Source of the DNA: an uncultured Thiohalobacter sp.
GTDB lineage: Bacteria > Pseudomonadota > Gammaproteobacteria > DSM-19610
NCBI GenBank assembly: GCA_964469575.1
Contig: CAYYAP010000001.1
Span: forward strand, 2,581-66,580
Reading direction: 5' to 3'
Length of the DNA stretch: 64,000 bases
The position numbers and the translations under genes are program-made. Below are positions 41,764 to 53,342 of the stretch, one piece after another (position 1 is the first letter of the stretch; the number at the start of each line of letters is the position of its first letter). The notes under the pieces were generated by a model that ran no database searches, had not been told where the DNA came from, and saw only the letters and a program-made list of their open reading frames with translations.

Positions 41764-44657
41764 CCGCCTGCCAGCTTGTTCCGTTTAGCGAAGACCCGCT
41801 CGCCATCACTGCGCAGCGGGTCCTTGAACACTACCGCGACAGTCTGCCCGACCTGAGCCATTGCCAGATTCTGCTACCCGATACACCGTGCGCCCCGGCA
41901 TTGCGGGCCACCTTGCTGCAGCAGGCCGAGGCACTGGGCTATCCCGCACTGCTTGGCCCGCACATCGACACCCTGGCAAGCTGGCTGTCGCGCACGGCGC
42001 CACCGCGCAACACGGTCCTCGACCGGCCTGCGCGTGAACTGATTCTCGCCGAAGCACTACGCGCCAGCCAATCACTCTACGCAGATACCGACCCCTGGCT
42101 ACTGGCCGACGAACTGCTTGCGCTGTTCGATGAAATGACCCGTGCCGAACAGGCGCCGGATGATAATTTCGAAGTCTTTCAGCAGCAGTTACAACAGGCG
42201 TATGGTCTGCGCCAACCCAACGCTACGCTGCAACGTGAAGCCTGGATGCTGCACACGCTGTGGCGCGCCTGGCGCGAGCAACTGGACGCCGGGCAGCTGA
42301 CCGACCCGGCCAGCGCACTGCATCAGCAGCTGGATGACAGTACAAGCCTTCCCGACGATCAGATCCTCTGGCTGGTCGGCTTCACCCGCTTCAGCCCGGC
42401 GGAAATTCGCTGGCTACGTGATCGCCTGCAACACGGGCAGGCGCGCCTGATCCTGCACGGCAGCGCCGATGGCGAAGGCTATCATCCACATACTCCGATC
42501 CATGCCCTGCTGTCTCAGCTGGGCCTGGATACCCCGGACAACACAGCAATGGGTCGTGCCGGTGACGCCTTCATTGACGCACTGTTCGGCGACCCTGCAC
42601 AGCACCTGCGCGCGCGCGCCGCGCATTTCCGCGAGCAGGGCCACAGCGATCCGTTTGCACAACGACTCCATACCTTTTGCGCCGACGACCCCGAGCAGGA
42701 GGCGCAGGCCGTGGCCTTGCAGGTGCGCCGCTGGCTACTGGACAGGCCAAACGAGCCTGTCGCTATTATCACCGGTGACCGGCGACTGGCGCGGCGCGTC
42801 CGCGCACTGCTGGAAAACTCACAGATACCGCTCGACGATGCCGGCGGCTGGGCCTTGTCCACGACCAGCGCCGCCGCCTTGCTGGAACGCTGGCTGGAAA
42901 CGCTTGAAGAGGATTTTGCCTGCGTGCCGCTACTGGATGTCCTCAAGTCACCCTTCCTGTCTCACCAGCAACGCGATGAACACCTCGCCCAGGTACGGCG
43001 ACTGGAACAGGACATCATCCTGCACGAAAATATCGCCCGCGGACTGGATCGTTACCGCGACCACCTCGACCGTCGCAGTGCGCGTCTGCCCGCCTGGGGT
43101 GAGCTATCGAAACACGCCCTGCACGCGCTGCTCGATCACCTTGAACAGGCCGCCAGCCCGTTACTGGCGCTGCAGGACAAGGCCTGCCCGGCCAGCGATT
43201 TCCTCGCTGCCCTGGATGAAAGCCTGGTTGCGCTGGGCGCGCACGACGCCCTGCAATGCGACGACGCCGGGCAACGCGTGCTGGCCCTGCTTGAGTCGCT
43301 GCACAGCGCCAGCCGATTCAGTTCCGTTACACTCAGCTGGCGTGAATTCCGCGACTGGCTGGGCCGCAACCTGGAACGCGCCAACTACCAGCCGCCCGAC
43401 AGTGGCAGCCCGGTGCGCCTGCTGACCCTGGAACAAAGCCGGCTGCAATGCTTCGCTGCTGTGGTGCTGGCCGGTTGCAACAATGACCAGTTGCCGGGTA
43501 AACCGGGCGCACAGGCTTTTTTCAACCAGCGCGTACGCCGTGAACTGGGACTACCCACCTGGTCACAAACGCTGGCGGAACGCCTGCACCACTTCTGCCG
43601 CGCCCTGCTCAGCGCCGACCGGGTGTTATTAACCCGTCACCGTGAACAGGACGGCGAACCGGTTGCGCCGAGTCCATGGCTGGAACTGCTGGAAGTGTTC
43701 TATCGCAACGCCTGGGGGAAATCCCTGCAGGACCCGACACTCGGCGCCTTGTTGAAGCACCCGCAATCGCGTCCTGCCACACCGGACAACATGCCGCTGC
43801 CGGAAATCACCCGCCGGCCCGCGCCGGACGCCAGCCCGGCGCTATTACCCACGCAATGGTCGGCATCTACCCACCAGCGACTGATCGACTGTCCCTACCG
43901 TTTCTTTGCCGCCGACGCACTGCGCCTGAAACCCCCGGAAGAAATCACCGAGGCCCTCAGCAAGGCTGACTATGGCTCACTGGTGCACCGCATCATCCAG
44001 GCCTTCAACAGCGACATCAGCGAACTGCCCGGCCCCTGGCAAGGTCCGCTCGACACGGCCCGATGCGACGATGCCCTGGCGCTGCTCAAGCTCATCAGCC
44101 TGAATGTCTTCAGCCCCGCCATGTGCGAGAGCTTCGAGGCGCGCAGCTGGTACCGGCAATGGTGCGCGGTGATGCCGGCGTATCTCGACTGGGAAATCGA
44201 CCGCCGCACCCAGTGGCCGCAACGCGAAACAGAAATCAGCGTCGAGTTAAACCTGACCGACACACTGCGCCTGGGGGGACGCATCGACAGGCTGGATCGT
44301 AACCGCGAAGGTGCTGCGTTGCTGGACTACAAAACCGGTACACCGCCTTCGCCACAACAGGTCCGGGAAGGCGAGGCGGTGCAACTGCCCAGCTATGCGC
44401 TGGCCGTGAACGGTGTCACCCGGCTCGACTACCTGAAAATCGACAAGACGGAGGTAAAACCTGTCAGCTGCGCCGAGGCTGAAACACTGGAAACGCTGCT
44501 GCCCGCGCTGCGTGAACGTCTGCTCACACTGGATACCGCCCTGCATCAACACGCGTCCCTGCCGGCCTGGGGCGATGACACGACCTGTCGCTGGTGTGAA
44601 TTCGACGGCGTTTGCCGTCGCGCCATGTGGCAACAACAGGAAACGGATCGTGACTGA
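41760..44657 (+). CDS. addB: AddB-like PD-(D/E)XK nuclease subunit with C-terminal iron-staple cysteines
   Basis: 965 aa, upstream of and overlapping a UvrD-type helicase-nuclease. The C-terminal nuclease region has [10 protein letters not shown] ... GRIDRLD ... LDYKTG ... C-x2-C-x5-C ([10 protein letters not shown]). The N-terminal half shows no obvious Walker A. Confidence 0.7.
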   Translation: MTACQLVPFSEDPLAITAQRVLEHYRDSLPDLSHCQILLPDTPCAPALRATLLQQAEALGYPALLGPHIDTLASWLSRTAPPRNTVLDRPARELILAEALRASQSLYADTDPWLLADELLALFDEMTRAEQAPDDNFEVFQQQLQQAYGLRQPNATLQREAWMLHTLWRAWREQLDAGQLTDPASALHQQLDDSTSLPDDQILWLVGFTRFSPAEIRWLRDRLQHGQARLILHGSADGEGYHPHTPIHALLSQLGLDTPDNTAMGRAGDAFIDALFGDPAQHLRARAAHFREQGHSDPFAQRLHTFCADDPEQEAQAVALQVRRWLLDRPNEPVAIITGDRRLARRVRALLENSQIPLDDAGGWALSTTSAAALLERWLETLEEDFACVPLLDVLKSPFLSHQQRDEHLAQVRRLEQDIILHENIARGLDRYRDHLDRRSARLPAWGELSKHALHALLDHLEQAASPLLALQDKACPASDFLAALDESLVALGAHDALQCDDAGQRVLALLESLHSASRFSSVTLSWREFRDWLGRNLERANYQPPDSGSPVRLLTLEQSRLQCFAAVVLAGCNNDQLPGKPGAQAFFNQRVRRELGLPTWSQTLAERLHHFCRALLSADRVLLTRHREQDGEPVAPSPWLELLEVFYRNAWGKSLQDPTLGALLKHPQSRPATPDNMPLPEITRRPAPDASPALLPTQWSASTHQRLIDCPYRFFAADALRLKPPEEITEALSKADYGSLVHRIIQAFNSDISELPGPWQGPLDTARCDDALALLKLISLNVFSPAMCESFEARSWYRQWCAVMPAYLDWEIDRRTQWPQRETEISVELNLTDTLRLGGRIDRLDRNREGAALLDYKTGTPPSPQQVREGEAVQLPSYALAVNGVTRLDYLKIDKTEVKPVSCAEAETLETLLPALRERLLTLDTALHQHASLPAWGDDTTCRWCEFDGVCRRAMWQQQETDRD

Positions 44658-47600
44658 AACCCCGCTCGCGACCGACCCGCGCTACAGCTTCAGCGTACTG
44701 GCCTCCGCCGGCACCGGCAAGACCTGGCAACTGGTCGCACGCCTGATGCGATTGTTGCTGTCCGGCGCTGCCGCCGACAGCATCCTCGCCATCACCTTCA
44801 CCCGCAAGGCGGCCGGCGAGATGCAACAGCGCCTCGGCGAACGGCTTGAGACGCTGCTGGAAGCCGATGACGCCGTGCTAGCGGATATGCTGGAAGAGAT
44901 CGGCGAAGCCCCCGAACCCGCTACCTGCGAGCGTGCACGCAGCCTGCTGGAAAACTGGCTACGTAGTGAACACAGCCTGCGCACGACCACCTTCCACAGC
45001 TTCTGCCAGGAATTGCTGCAACGCTTCCCGCTGGAAGCCGGTCTGCCACCCGCCTTTGAGCTGACGGAAGTGACCGGCCTGCTGGTGGATGAAAGCTGGG
45101 ACGCCCTGTTTGCCGAGGCCACCCGGGCGCCGGACAGCGCACTGGCGCAAGCCATCGAACAGCTGTTTGAAGCACTCGGCGGCCTGTTCAGTACGCGCAA
45201 TGCCCTGCAGCAGTTTATCGGGCACCGCAGCGACTGGTGGGCCTGGACACGCGATACCCGTGACCCTGTCGACCACGCCTGCCGAAAACTCGCCGCACAA
45301 CTGGAACTCGATCAGCAGGGCAAGGTGCTGGAAGATTTCTGGTGCGAACGCACGCGTGAACAACTGACGGAATTTTCCCGGCTGCTGGGTCAGCATGCCA
45401 CAAAGACCAACCTCGGGCATATCCAGCAACTCGAACCCTGCCTGACGCAGCCGATGCCGGCTGACACGGCACTGTCACTTGTCACCCCGGTATTTATGAC
45501 CGGGAAATTCGAACCGCGAAAACGCAACATCACGGCGACGCTGCAAAAGAAACTGGGCGAGGCCGACGCAACGCGTTTCATCGAATTACATAACCGCTTC
45601 TGTGACCAACTCCAGGCCATCCGCGAGGCGGAAAACCGCCAGCGCACCTTCGACGTTAACTGCGCCTGGTATCTCGCCGGCCAGCGCATGCTGGAACACT
45701 TCCAGCGTATCAAGCGCGAACGCCGCCTGCTGGATTTTTCCGACCTGGAATGGAAAACCTTCCAGCTATTGAACGACCCGGAACATGCCCACTGGGTACA
45801 GTACAAACTCGATCAACGCATCGATCACCTGCTCATCGATGAATTCCAGGATACCAACCCGACCCAGTGGCAGATGATCCTGCCGTTACTGGAGGAAATG
45901 GCTGCCGGTGGTGAACGCCAGCGTAGCCTGTTCGTGGTCGGCGACCGCAAACAGTCGATTTACCGTTTCCGCCGCGGCAACCCGGCGCTGCTGGATCGCG
46001 CCGCCGACTGGATGAATGAACATCTTGCCGCACAAAGCATACATCTCGACCACTCGCGACGCTCCTCACCCGCCATACTCGATGCCGTCAACCGGGTGTT
46101 TTCAACGCCGGCCATGCAATCGCTTATGCCCGGTTTCCAGCCGCACAGTACTCACCTCAAAACGGCATGGGGACAGGTTGAAGTCTGGCCGCTGATCGAG
46201 GCGGATGCCGCCGACGAAACCCCGGAGACTGGCGAACTGCGCAATCCGCTCAAACAACCCCGCCTGGACCCGACTAACCTGCGTTTCTACCGTGAAGGCC
46301 AGAAAATTGCAGAACGTATCGAGCAACTGGTCGGGCAACAGGTTGCAGGGTACGGCGATATACTGATTCTGATGCGTTCCCGCACCCACCTGCCCGACTA
46401 TGAAGCCGCATTGCGCGAGCGCGGCATCCCCTACCTCAGTCGCGATCGCGGCACCCTGCTGGAAAGCCTGGAAATCCGTGACATGGAAGCCCTGTTAACG
46501 GTATTGATGACGCCACAGGATAACCTGGCGCTGGCGCAGGTGCTGCGTTCCCCGCTGTTCTCGCTGGATGAAACGCTGCTGGCCCGGCTGTCCCGACCGG
46601 TCGGTGGAATATGGCTGGATCGCCTCATCGCGCTGGCTGAGCAGGCTGACAGTACTGACGCCATACGGCGCGCGGCGCGCCTGCTCACAGACTGGCGTAC
46701 ACAGGCCGGGCGCATCCCTATCCATGACCTGCTGGAACATATCTTTCACCAGTCCAATCTACTAGCGCGCTACCGCGCCGCCGTTTCGCCAACCCAGGCC
46801 GCGCAGGTCGAAGCCAACCTGGCGCGCTTCGTCGAACTGGCGCTGGAGGTCGACAGTGGCCGCTATCCCACCCTGCCACGTTTTCTCGAACAGGTGAAAC
46901 GCCTGCGCGGACTGGACAAGGAAGGGCTGAGCAAGGCGATACCCGATGCCGCGCAACAACAACGGGTCAACCTGCTCACCATTCACGCTGCCAAGGGGCT
47001 GGAAGCACCCGTGGTCTTTTTATGTGACACCACCAGCCAGGGCAACCCACCAGGTCTGCGCACCCTGGTGCGCTGGCCGGCCGACTCGGACCGACCAACA
47101 GACTTCCTGCTGCCGGGTAACAAGGCGCAGCGCGACAATGTCACCGAAGCACGCTACCAACTGGAACAGGTCGAGGAAGCACGTGAGTCCGCCAACCTGC
47201 TCTACGTGGCGCTGACCCGCGCACGTCATATGCTGATCATTTCCGGTTGCCGGCCCTCACGTGGCAATGACCTGGGCTGGTACGCACAGGTTGCCGAAGC
47301 GCTGTGCGCAACCACAGACCTGGAAAGCCCCTGGACGCACAGCTTTGGAAAACCCGCCCGACAAGCCGTTCAACAGCCTACACCGGCGAACACTGAAATC
47401 ACGGTTGACACGCGCCTGCGCGAACCCATCCGTGTCGGTCGTCTGTGGCGGGAGATAGCGCCCAGCCGCCATACCGGCGACAACACCATGCAGGGTGGAG
47501 CGGAACAGGGCCGGATACGCGGCATCCTGATTCACCGTATGCTGCAACTGGCGACCGGGCAGGGTGAAATCAATACTGAAATTGTCGAATGTGTGTCGAG

Positions 47601-47976
47601 AGAACAGGGTCTTACTGCGGATGATTCCCTGCTGACAAGTTGCCATGATGAAGTGCGCGCCCTGTTTAACAACCCGGAACTTGGCTGGATCTTCGCCAAC
47701 GCCCCAGGACATTACAGTGAAGTACCGGTGCAATACCGCCGGGAAGGACATACGGTATACGGCATCATCGACCGCCTGCTGGTCGGCAAGGATACCGTGC
47801 ATATCATCGACTATAAATCACACCAGGTGACTGCACGCGAACAACTCGACAGCTTAACGCAACACTACCATCCGCAACTGGCACTCTACCGCGAAGCCGT
47901 GGCGCGCCTGTGGCCGAACCGACAAATCCACTGCCAGCTGTTGTTCACCCATAGTGCTGTACTAAGGAAAATGTGA
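44650..47976 (+). CDS. addA: AddA-like UvrD/Rep superfamily-1 helicase with C-terminal nuclease
   Basis: Walker A SAGTGKTWQL. Helicase motifs LLIDEFQDTNPTQW, VGDRKQSIYRFRRG and TIHAAKGLEAPVVFL...LLYVALTRA. C-terminal GIIDRLL...IIDYKS nuclease motif. The start is placed at GTG 44650, overlapping the addB stop. Confidence 0.8.
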   Translation: MTETPLATDPRYSFSVLASAGTGKTWQLVARLMRLLLSGAAADSILAITFTRKAAGEMQQRLGERLETLLEADDAVLADMLEEIGEAPEPATCERARSLLENWLRSEHSLRTTTFHSFCQELLQRFPLEAGLPPAFELTEVTGLLVDESWDALFAEATRAPDSALAQAIEQLFEALGGLFSTRNALQQFIGHRSDWWAWTRDTRDPVDHACRKLAAQLELDQQGKVLEDFWCERTREQLTEFSRLLGQHATKTNLGHIQQLEPCLTQPMPADTALSLVTPVFMTGKFEPRKRNITATLQKKLGEADATRFIELHNRFCDQLQAIREAENRQRTFDVNCAWYLAGQRMLEHFQRIKRERRLLDFSDLEWKTFQLLNDPEHAHWVQYKLDQRIDHLLIDEFQDTNPTQWQMILPLLEEMAAGGERQRSLFVVGDRKQSIYRFRRGNPALLDRAADWMNEHLAAQSIHLDHSRRSSPAILDAVNRVFSTPAMQSLMPGFQPHSTHLKTAWGQVEVWPLIEADAADETPETGELRNPLKQPRLDPTNLRFYREGQKIAERIEQLVGQQVAGYGDILILMRSRTHLPDYEAALRERGIPYLSRDRGTLLESLEIRDMEALLTVLMTPQDNLALAQVLRSPLFSLDETLLARLSRPVGGIWLDRLIALAEQADSTDAIRRAARLLTDWRTQAGRIPIHDLLEHIFHQSNLLARYRAAVSPTQAAQVEANLARFVELALEVDSGRYPTLPRFLEQVKRLRGLDKEGLSKAIPDAAQQQRVNLLTIHAAKGLEAPVVFLCDTTSQGNPPGLRTLVRWPADSDRPTDFLLPGNKAQRDNVTEARYQLEQVEEARESANLLYVALTRARHMLIISGCRPSRGNDLGWYAQVAEALCATTDLESPWTHSFGKPARQAVQQPTPANTEITVDTRLREPIRVGRLWREIAPSRHTGDNTMQGGAEQGRIRGILIHRMLQLATGQGEINTEIVECVSREQGLTADDSLLTSCHDEVRALFNNPELGWIFANAPGHYSEVPVQYRREGHTVYGIIDRLLVGKDTVHIIDYKSHQVTAREQLDSLTQHYHPQLALYREAVARLWPNRQIHCQLLFTHSAVLRKM

Positions 47977-49417
47977 AACAGGCGCCCTTCCCCGCCTCGC
48001 TGCTGACACTGAGCACGCCGCCATGCAGACGCACAATATGCTGGGCAATCGCCAGCCCGAGCCCGGCATGCTGCCCGCTACGCGCACCATTGTCACCGCG
48101 ATAGAACCGCTCGAAAATCCTTGCCCGGTCTTTTGCCGGAATACCTGGACCGCTATCCTCGACCTGGACCTGCACACCATCATCCACCCTGTGTAAAGAC
48201 ACAGTGATACACCCGCCCTCTGGCGTGTGTTGCAGGGCATTGTCGATCAGGTTGACCAGCACTCTTTCAATCAGGGCAATATCCCCCTCTACGAACGGCA
48301 GCTTGTCATCACTGTCGACCTTCAACTGCACACCTTTTTGTTCCGCCTGCAGCCGGAATTTCTGGATAATATCCTGCGCCAGTTCCGCAACCGCGAAACG
48401 CTCCACCTGTAACGGCGTATCACTGGCATCGAGTTTTGCAAGCTCGAACAGTTCATCGACCAGCCGGGTCAATCGTGTACTGTGTTGCAATGCTGTCTGC
48501 AGATAAGTGGAACGGGTTTCCGCATCAAACGTGTCGGCCTTGAGTTGCAGGGTTTCAATATAGCCGTGCAATGCCGCCAGTGGCGTACGCAGATCATGTG
48601 AGACATTGGCCACCAGTTCCCTGCGCAGCCTGTCCTGTTTCTTCAGTGTTTCAATCTGTTCCTGGATACGTTCCGCCATACGGTTGAAACTCTGCCCCAG
48701 CGACTCGATTTCATCCTGCCGGCGCGGGTCGGCCGGCCAGCGGACCGGTTTGCTGAAATGACTCTCGCTGAAACCTTGCATCAGACCGGCCAGGTGGTTG
48801 AGACGGCGTGTCAACAGGCGAAACAGGATCAGGCCGAACAACAGACCCACCACCAGGCTGGTCAGCAGCGCCATACCAGAGAGCTGTAACAGGAAATTAT
48901 TCTGGAACAACTGTTCAATGCGCTCGTACTCCTGGCCACGGAGTACCACGTAGAGGTACGCCGTCGAACCATTTTCAAGACCCAGCCGGGTAGCGGAAAA
49001 TACCTTGCGTCGTGTAAAACTGCGCGGGTCATCCCCCAGCAGGGGGAATGCCGCACCGGAGAGAAATGCCCGAACGGGTGCAAGGTCGACACTTTCACGT
49101 TTCACCTGGCCGGGGTCTGCAGAATAGGACAGGATACGGCCGGTTTTATCGAGCAGATAGATTTCGATATCGGGGTTGACCATCATATAGTGATGGAAGG
49201 TTTCCTTGAGCGCCTGTTGATCCAGCACACCCGCCTTTAACAATTTTCGACCAATCACCAGTTTGGCGGCAAGATCACGATTCAGGCTCTGCACAAACTC
49301 CTGCTGGTAATGCCGGGTAATGCCGGTACTGAGCAACACGTACATCAGGCCAATGCCTGCCAGCAACAGGGTCAGGGACAACGCCAGCTTTGCGAACAGG
49401 GTGCGGGGAAGCATCAA
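47945..49417 (-). CDS. Sensor histidine kinase (2 TM, HAMP, HisKA, HATPase; BaeS/CpxA-like class)
   Basis: H-box VSHDLRTPLAAL, N-box LIDNALQHTP and G-boxes DSGPGIP/GLGLAIAQ. ATGA-type overlap with the upstream regulator. Confidence 0.85.
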   Translation of the reverse strand: MMLPRTLFAKLALSLTLLLAGIGLMYVLLSTGITRHYQQEFVQSLNRDLAAKLVIGRKLLKAGVLDQQALKETFHHYMMVNPDIEIYLLDKTGRILSYSADPGQVKRESVDLAPVRAFLSGAAFPLLGDDPRSFTRRKVFSATRLGLENGSTAYLYVVLRGQEYERIEQLFQNNFLLQLSGMALLTSLVVGLLFGLILFRLLTRRLNHLAGLMQGFSESHFSKPVRWPADPRRQDEIESLGQSFNRMAERIQEQIETLKKQDRLRRELVANVSHDLRTPLAALHGYIETLQLKADTFDAETRSTYLQTALQHSTRLTRLVDELFELAKLDASDTPLQVERFAVAELAQDIIQKFRLQAEQKGVQLKVDSDDKLPFVEGDIALIERVLVNLIDNALQHTPEGGCITVSLHRVDDGVQVQVEDSGPGIPAKDRARIFERFYRGDNGARSGQHAGLGLAIAQHIVRLHGGVLSVSSEAGKGACFTFSLVQHYG

Positions 49418-50118
49418 CTCACCGCATCATTGAAACGATAACCGACACCCCACACCGTGAGGATAAAACGCGGCTCAGCGGGATTGTCCTCAATTTTTGC
49501 GCGCAGGCGGTTGATATGGGAATTCACGGTATGCTCGTAGCCCTCGTAGTGGTACCCCCATACCTGTTCAAGCAACTGCATCCGTGAGAATACCTGGCCG
49601 GGATGACTGGCAAAATGTAACAGCAAATCATATTCACGTGCCGTCAGGGTCACTTCAACACCTGAAATACTGACCCTCCGACTCACAGTATCAATATAAA
49701 TATCACCTGCCTGTACAGGCTGTAGCGGCGTTGTCTCCTGTGTCTTGTGCGCCTCAATGCGGCGAAACTGCGCCTTGATGCGCGCCATGAGTTCAGGAAA
49801 GCTGAAGGGTTTGGTGATGTAATCGTCAGCGCCGGTCTCCAGGCCCGCAATACGATCCTGTTCCGCAGTTCGCGACGTCAGCATAAGAATGGGCACGCGT
49901 GAACACCGTGTGCGCAACTGCCGGCAGACTTCCAGCCCGTCCATGCCCGGCAACATCAGGTCCAGCACCACCAGCTGGTAGCTGTTTTGCTGAAACATTT
50001 CCAGCGCGCTCACACCATCGCCGGCGATATCCGCCTCATACCCCAGATCCATCACGTGAAAACGAATCAGGCGTGCAATATCCGCGTTGTCCTCTACGAT
50101 AAGCAGCCTGTACGCCAT
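49414..50118 (-). CDS. OmpR/PhoB-family response regulator
   Basis: REC (LLIVEDNADIARLI...VVLDLMLPGMDG) followed by a winged-helix domain (LTAREYDLLLHFASHPGQVFSRMQLLEQVWG...VNSHINRLRAKI). Confidence 0.9.
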   Translation of the reverse strand: MAYRLLIVEDNADIARLIRFHVMDLGYEADIAGDGVSALEMFQQNSYQLVVLDLMLPGMDGLEVCRQLRTRCSRVPILMLTSRTAEQDRIAGLETGADDYITKPFSFPELMARIKAQFRRIEAHKTQETTPLQPVQAGDIYIDTVSRRVSISGVEVTLTAREYDLLLHFASHPGQVFSRMQLLEQVWGYHYEGYEHTVNSHINRLRAKIEDNPAEPRFILTVWGVGYRFNDAVS

Positions 50119-50171
50119 TTGCCGGGTTTCCCGAATTCCAGGTGGTGCCAGTATAACGCGGATAAATTCCT

Positions 50172-50242
50172 GTAGGAGCGGGCTTGCCCGCGAACCGGCG
50201 GAACCGGTTAAGTACGCTGTTCGCGGGCAAGCCCGCTCCTAC
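50172..50242. repeat. REP-like extragenic palindrome (two inverted 24-nt units)
   Basis: GTAGGAGCGGGCTTGCCCGCGAAC (50172-50195) and its perfect reverse complement (50219-50242) are separated by a 23-nt loop. The unit resembles the Pseudomonas-type REP core (..TTCGCGGG.AA.CCCGCTCCTAC.GGG), from memory. Confidence 0.7.
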
Positions 50243-50280
50243 GGGGGTGTCGCAATGACGGGATGAATCAACGATTCATT

Positions 50281-51000
50281 TCAATCGTCGTGTCGGCTGT
50301 TCCTTTCCACATGGATAACCACCCTTGCGACCGGGTTCAACCAGTGATGCACTGCGGCATTCAGATCGCTGACGCCGCCATTCAGATCCATATCCCCCAA
50401 CGCACCGGGATGGATATGCACGCGCGTATTTTGTTCGCTGTCCGTCACGCCGGTAGCCGCTGTACCACTGTTGCCGCCTGGATCAGCCGGAATACCGGGA
50501 ACCCCGGGGGCGCCACCACCGTTGATGATTTCACTATTGGCTTCCGTACCTGCGTCGTACCCGTTCAGGTAATAGGTATAAGTTCCGGAATGCTCTGGAA
50601 TACGCACGGCATCCAGGCCCACAAACCCGTCGTTGGTCGGTAATAACATGGCGACAACTGACAGGTAACGATTCCCTTTCACGGTGCTGAGAAGCGCTGT
50701 GGCTGTCTTGCCCGGCGCCAGCACGCCTGCGGCTGGATTAACGGCATTATTAGCGCCAGCGGCCTCCAGATCAGCGACCAGCCCCGCCAGATCGCCACCT
50801 TCCGCCATGGCCTGCAGACTGGCCGAGGCCGGTTCACCGACTTCAAACAGGTCTGTGTGACGATTGTGTGCCGATACCAGCAGCGGAGTGTAATACATGC
50901 CGTTGGTCAGGTTGGTGATTTCTACGCTCAGTTCCTGTGCTGAAGCGGCAGCGTTCAGCCCCCCCGCCAGCACCAGTCCCGTAATCAGTCTTTTCATCAT
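50281..51000 (-). CDS. Secreted spondin_N-like domain protein
   Basis: Signal peptide MMKRLITGLVLAGGLNAAASA. ITNLTNGMYYTPLLVSAH...LFEVGEPASASLQAMAEGGDL...VAMLLPTNDGFVG matches my recollection of bacterial spondin N-terminal-domain proteins. Confidence 0.55.
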   Translation of the reverse strand: MMKRLITGLVLAGGLNAAASAQELSVEITNLTNGMYYTPLLVSAHNRHTDLFEVGEPASASLQAMAEGGDLAGLVADLEAAGANNAVNPAAGVLAPGKTATALLSTVKGNRYLSVVAMLLPTNDGFVGLDAVRIPEHSGTYTYYLNGYDAGTEANSEIINGGGAPGVPGIPADPGGNSGTAATGVTDSEQNTRVHIHPGALGDMDLNGGVSDLNAAVHHWLNPVARVVIHVERNSRHDD

Positions 51001-51133
51001 GACGTACTCCTCTTGTGGATGTGTAATTTCCGGAATGAACTCCGGGGTATCTTGTACCGCCCGGAGATCACACGGCTATCACGCAAATCTCACAATTTTG
51101 TCACAATGCTGTCTGGTCCTGCTTTAGTCTCCC

Positions 51134-52531
<1,398 letters not shown>

Positions 52532-52564
52532 TATTCACTCCCTGAATGGACGGGTTGTTTCAAT

Positions 52565-53290
52565 TCACTTACGACTCAGCTCGATTTTTTCCAGCATCTG
52601 TTCCATCTTGTCCGGTGAGACATAGCCCGGGGGTGACTGGCCATTTTCAAACAGAATATACGGTGTCCCGCGCAGTCCCAGTTGCCGGGCAAGATTCATA
52701 TCCTCATCAACCGGGTTGTTACAGGTCTTTTTCGGCACCAGGCGGTTATTCTTTGAATCAGTTAACGCCTGTTTGCGATCGTCGGCACACCAGACTGAAA
52801 CCGCCTTGTCATAAGAGCTGGAATGCGCACCTGCACGCGGGTAAAACAGGTAACGGATTTCAATGCCTTTTGCCAGGTACTGGTCCATCTGGCTATGCAA
52901 CTTGCGGCAATAGGCGCAGTCGATATCGGTAAACACGGTGACCACGTGTTTCACTTTTTTCGGTTTGAAGATAATCATCCTGCTTTCGTCGAGCGAGTCG
53001 ATGACCTTGCTGCGAATACTGGAACGGCGCGCCTCGGTCAGGTTTTCGTGTTTGCTGAAATCAATCAGCTCACCCTGAAGCAGGTAACGGCCATCGCGGC
53101 TGACATAAACCACCTGACTACCCACCACGACTTCGTAAAGTCCGGGTATGGGGGTCGACTCGATAGTGCTTATTTTGACACCGCCCAGCGCACTGCGAAT
53201 AGCTGCCTTGTCGGCCGCCTCATCGGCGTTTACCACCGGGATAAGGCACATAAAGGCAAGTGCAATGAGAATACTTTTAACTACGTTCAC
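52565..53290 (-). CDS. dsbC: Periplasmic disulfide isomerase DsbC
   Basis: Thioredoxin fold with DIDCAYCRKLH (CxxC), an N-terminal dimerisation domain and an xerD-dsbC neighbourhood. The start is placed at GTG 53290 (VNVVKSILIALAFMCLIPVVNA signal). The track ORF extends to 53470, overlapping xerD. Confidence 0.8.
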   Translation of the reverse strand: MNVVKSILIALAFMCLIPVVNADEAADKAAIRSALGGVKISTIESTPIPGLYEVVVGSQVVYVSRDGRYLLQGELIDFSKHENLTEARRSSIRSKVIDSLDESRMIIFKPKKVKHVVTVFTDIDCAYCRKLHSQMDQYLAKGIEIRYLFYPRAGAHSSSYDKAVSVWCADDRKQALTDSKNNRLVPKKTCNNPVDEDMNLARQLGLRGTPYILFENGQSPPGYVSPDKMEQMLEKIELSRK

Positions 53291-53342
53291 AATGGATAGT
53301 CCTGTCAGGTGGAAAATCGGTTCCGTTATTCTACCCCAGTCT

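Noticed and set aside
42469-43425. 318-aa alternative-frame ORF inside addB, with similar overlapping ORFs in wspE (36860..37666) and addA (44682..45200)
   Set aside because: They are off-frame or antisense within long genes carrying recognised motifs. Their Arg/Ala/Ser/Pro-rich composition is as expected from GC-rich DNA.
47945-47976. 32-bp convergent overlap of addA and the histidine-kinase gene
   Set aside because: Both ORF ends are plausible, and such short 3' overlaps are common in compact genomes. Nothing suggests a regulatory element.
50172-50242. REP hairpin as a rho-independent terminator of the spondin-like gene
   Set aside because: No U-tract follows the stem on the transcribed (minus) strand. 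A 24-bp stem with a 23-nt loop is REP-like rather than terminator-like.
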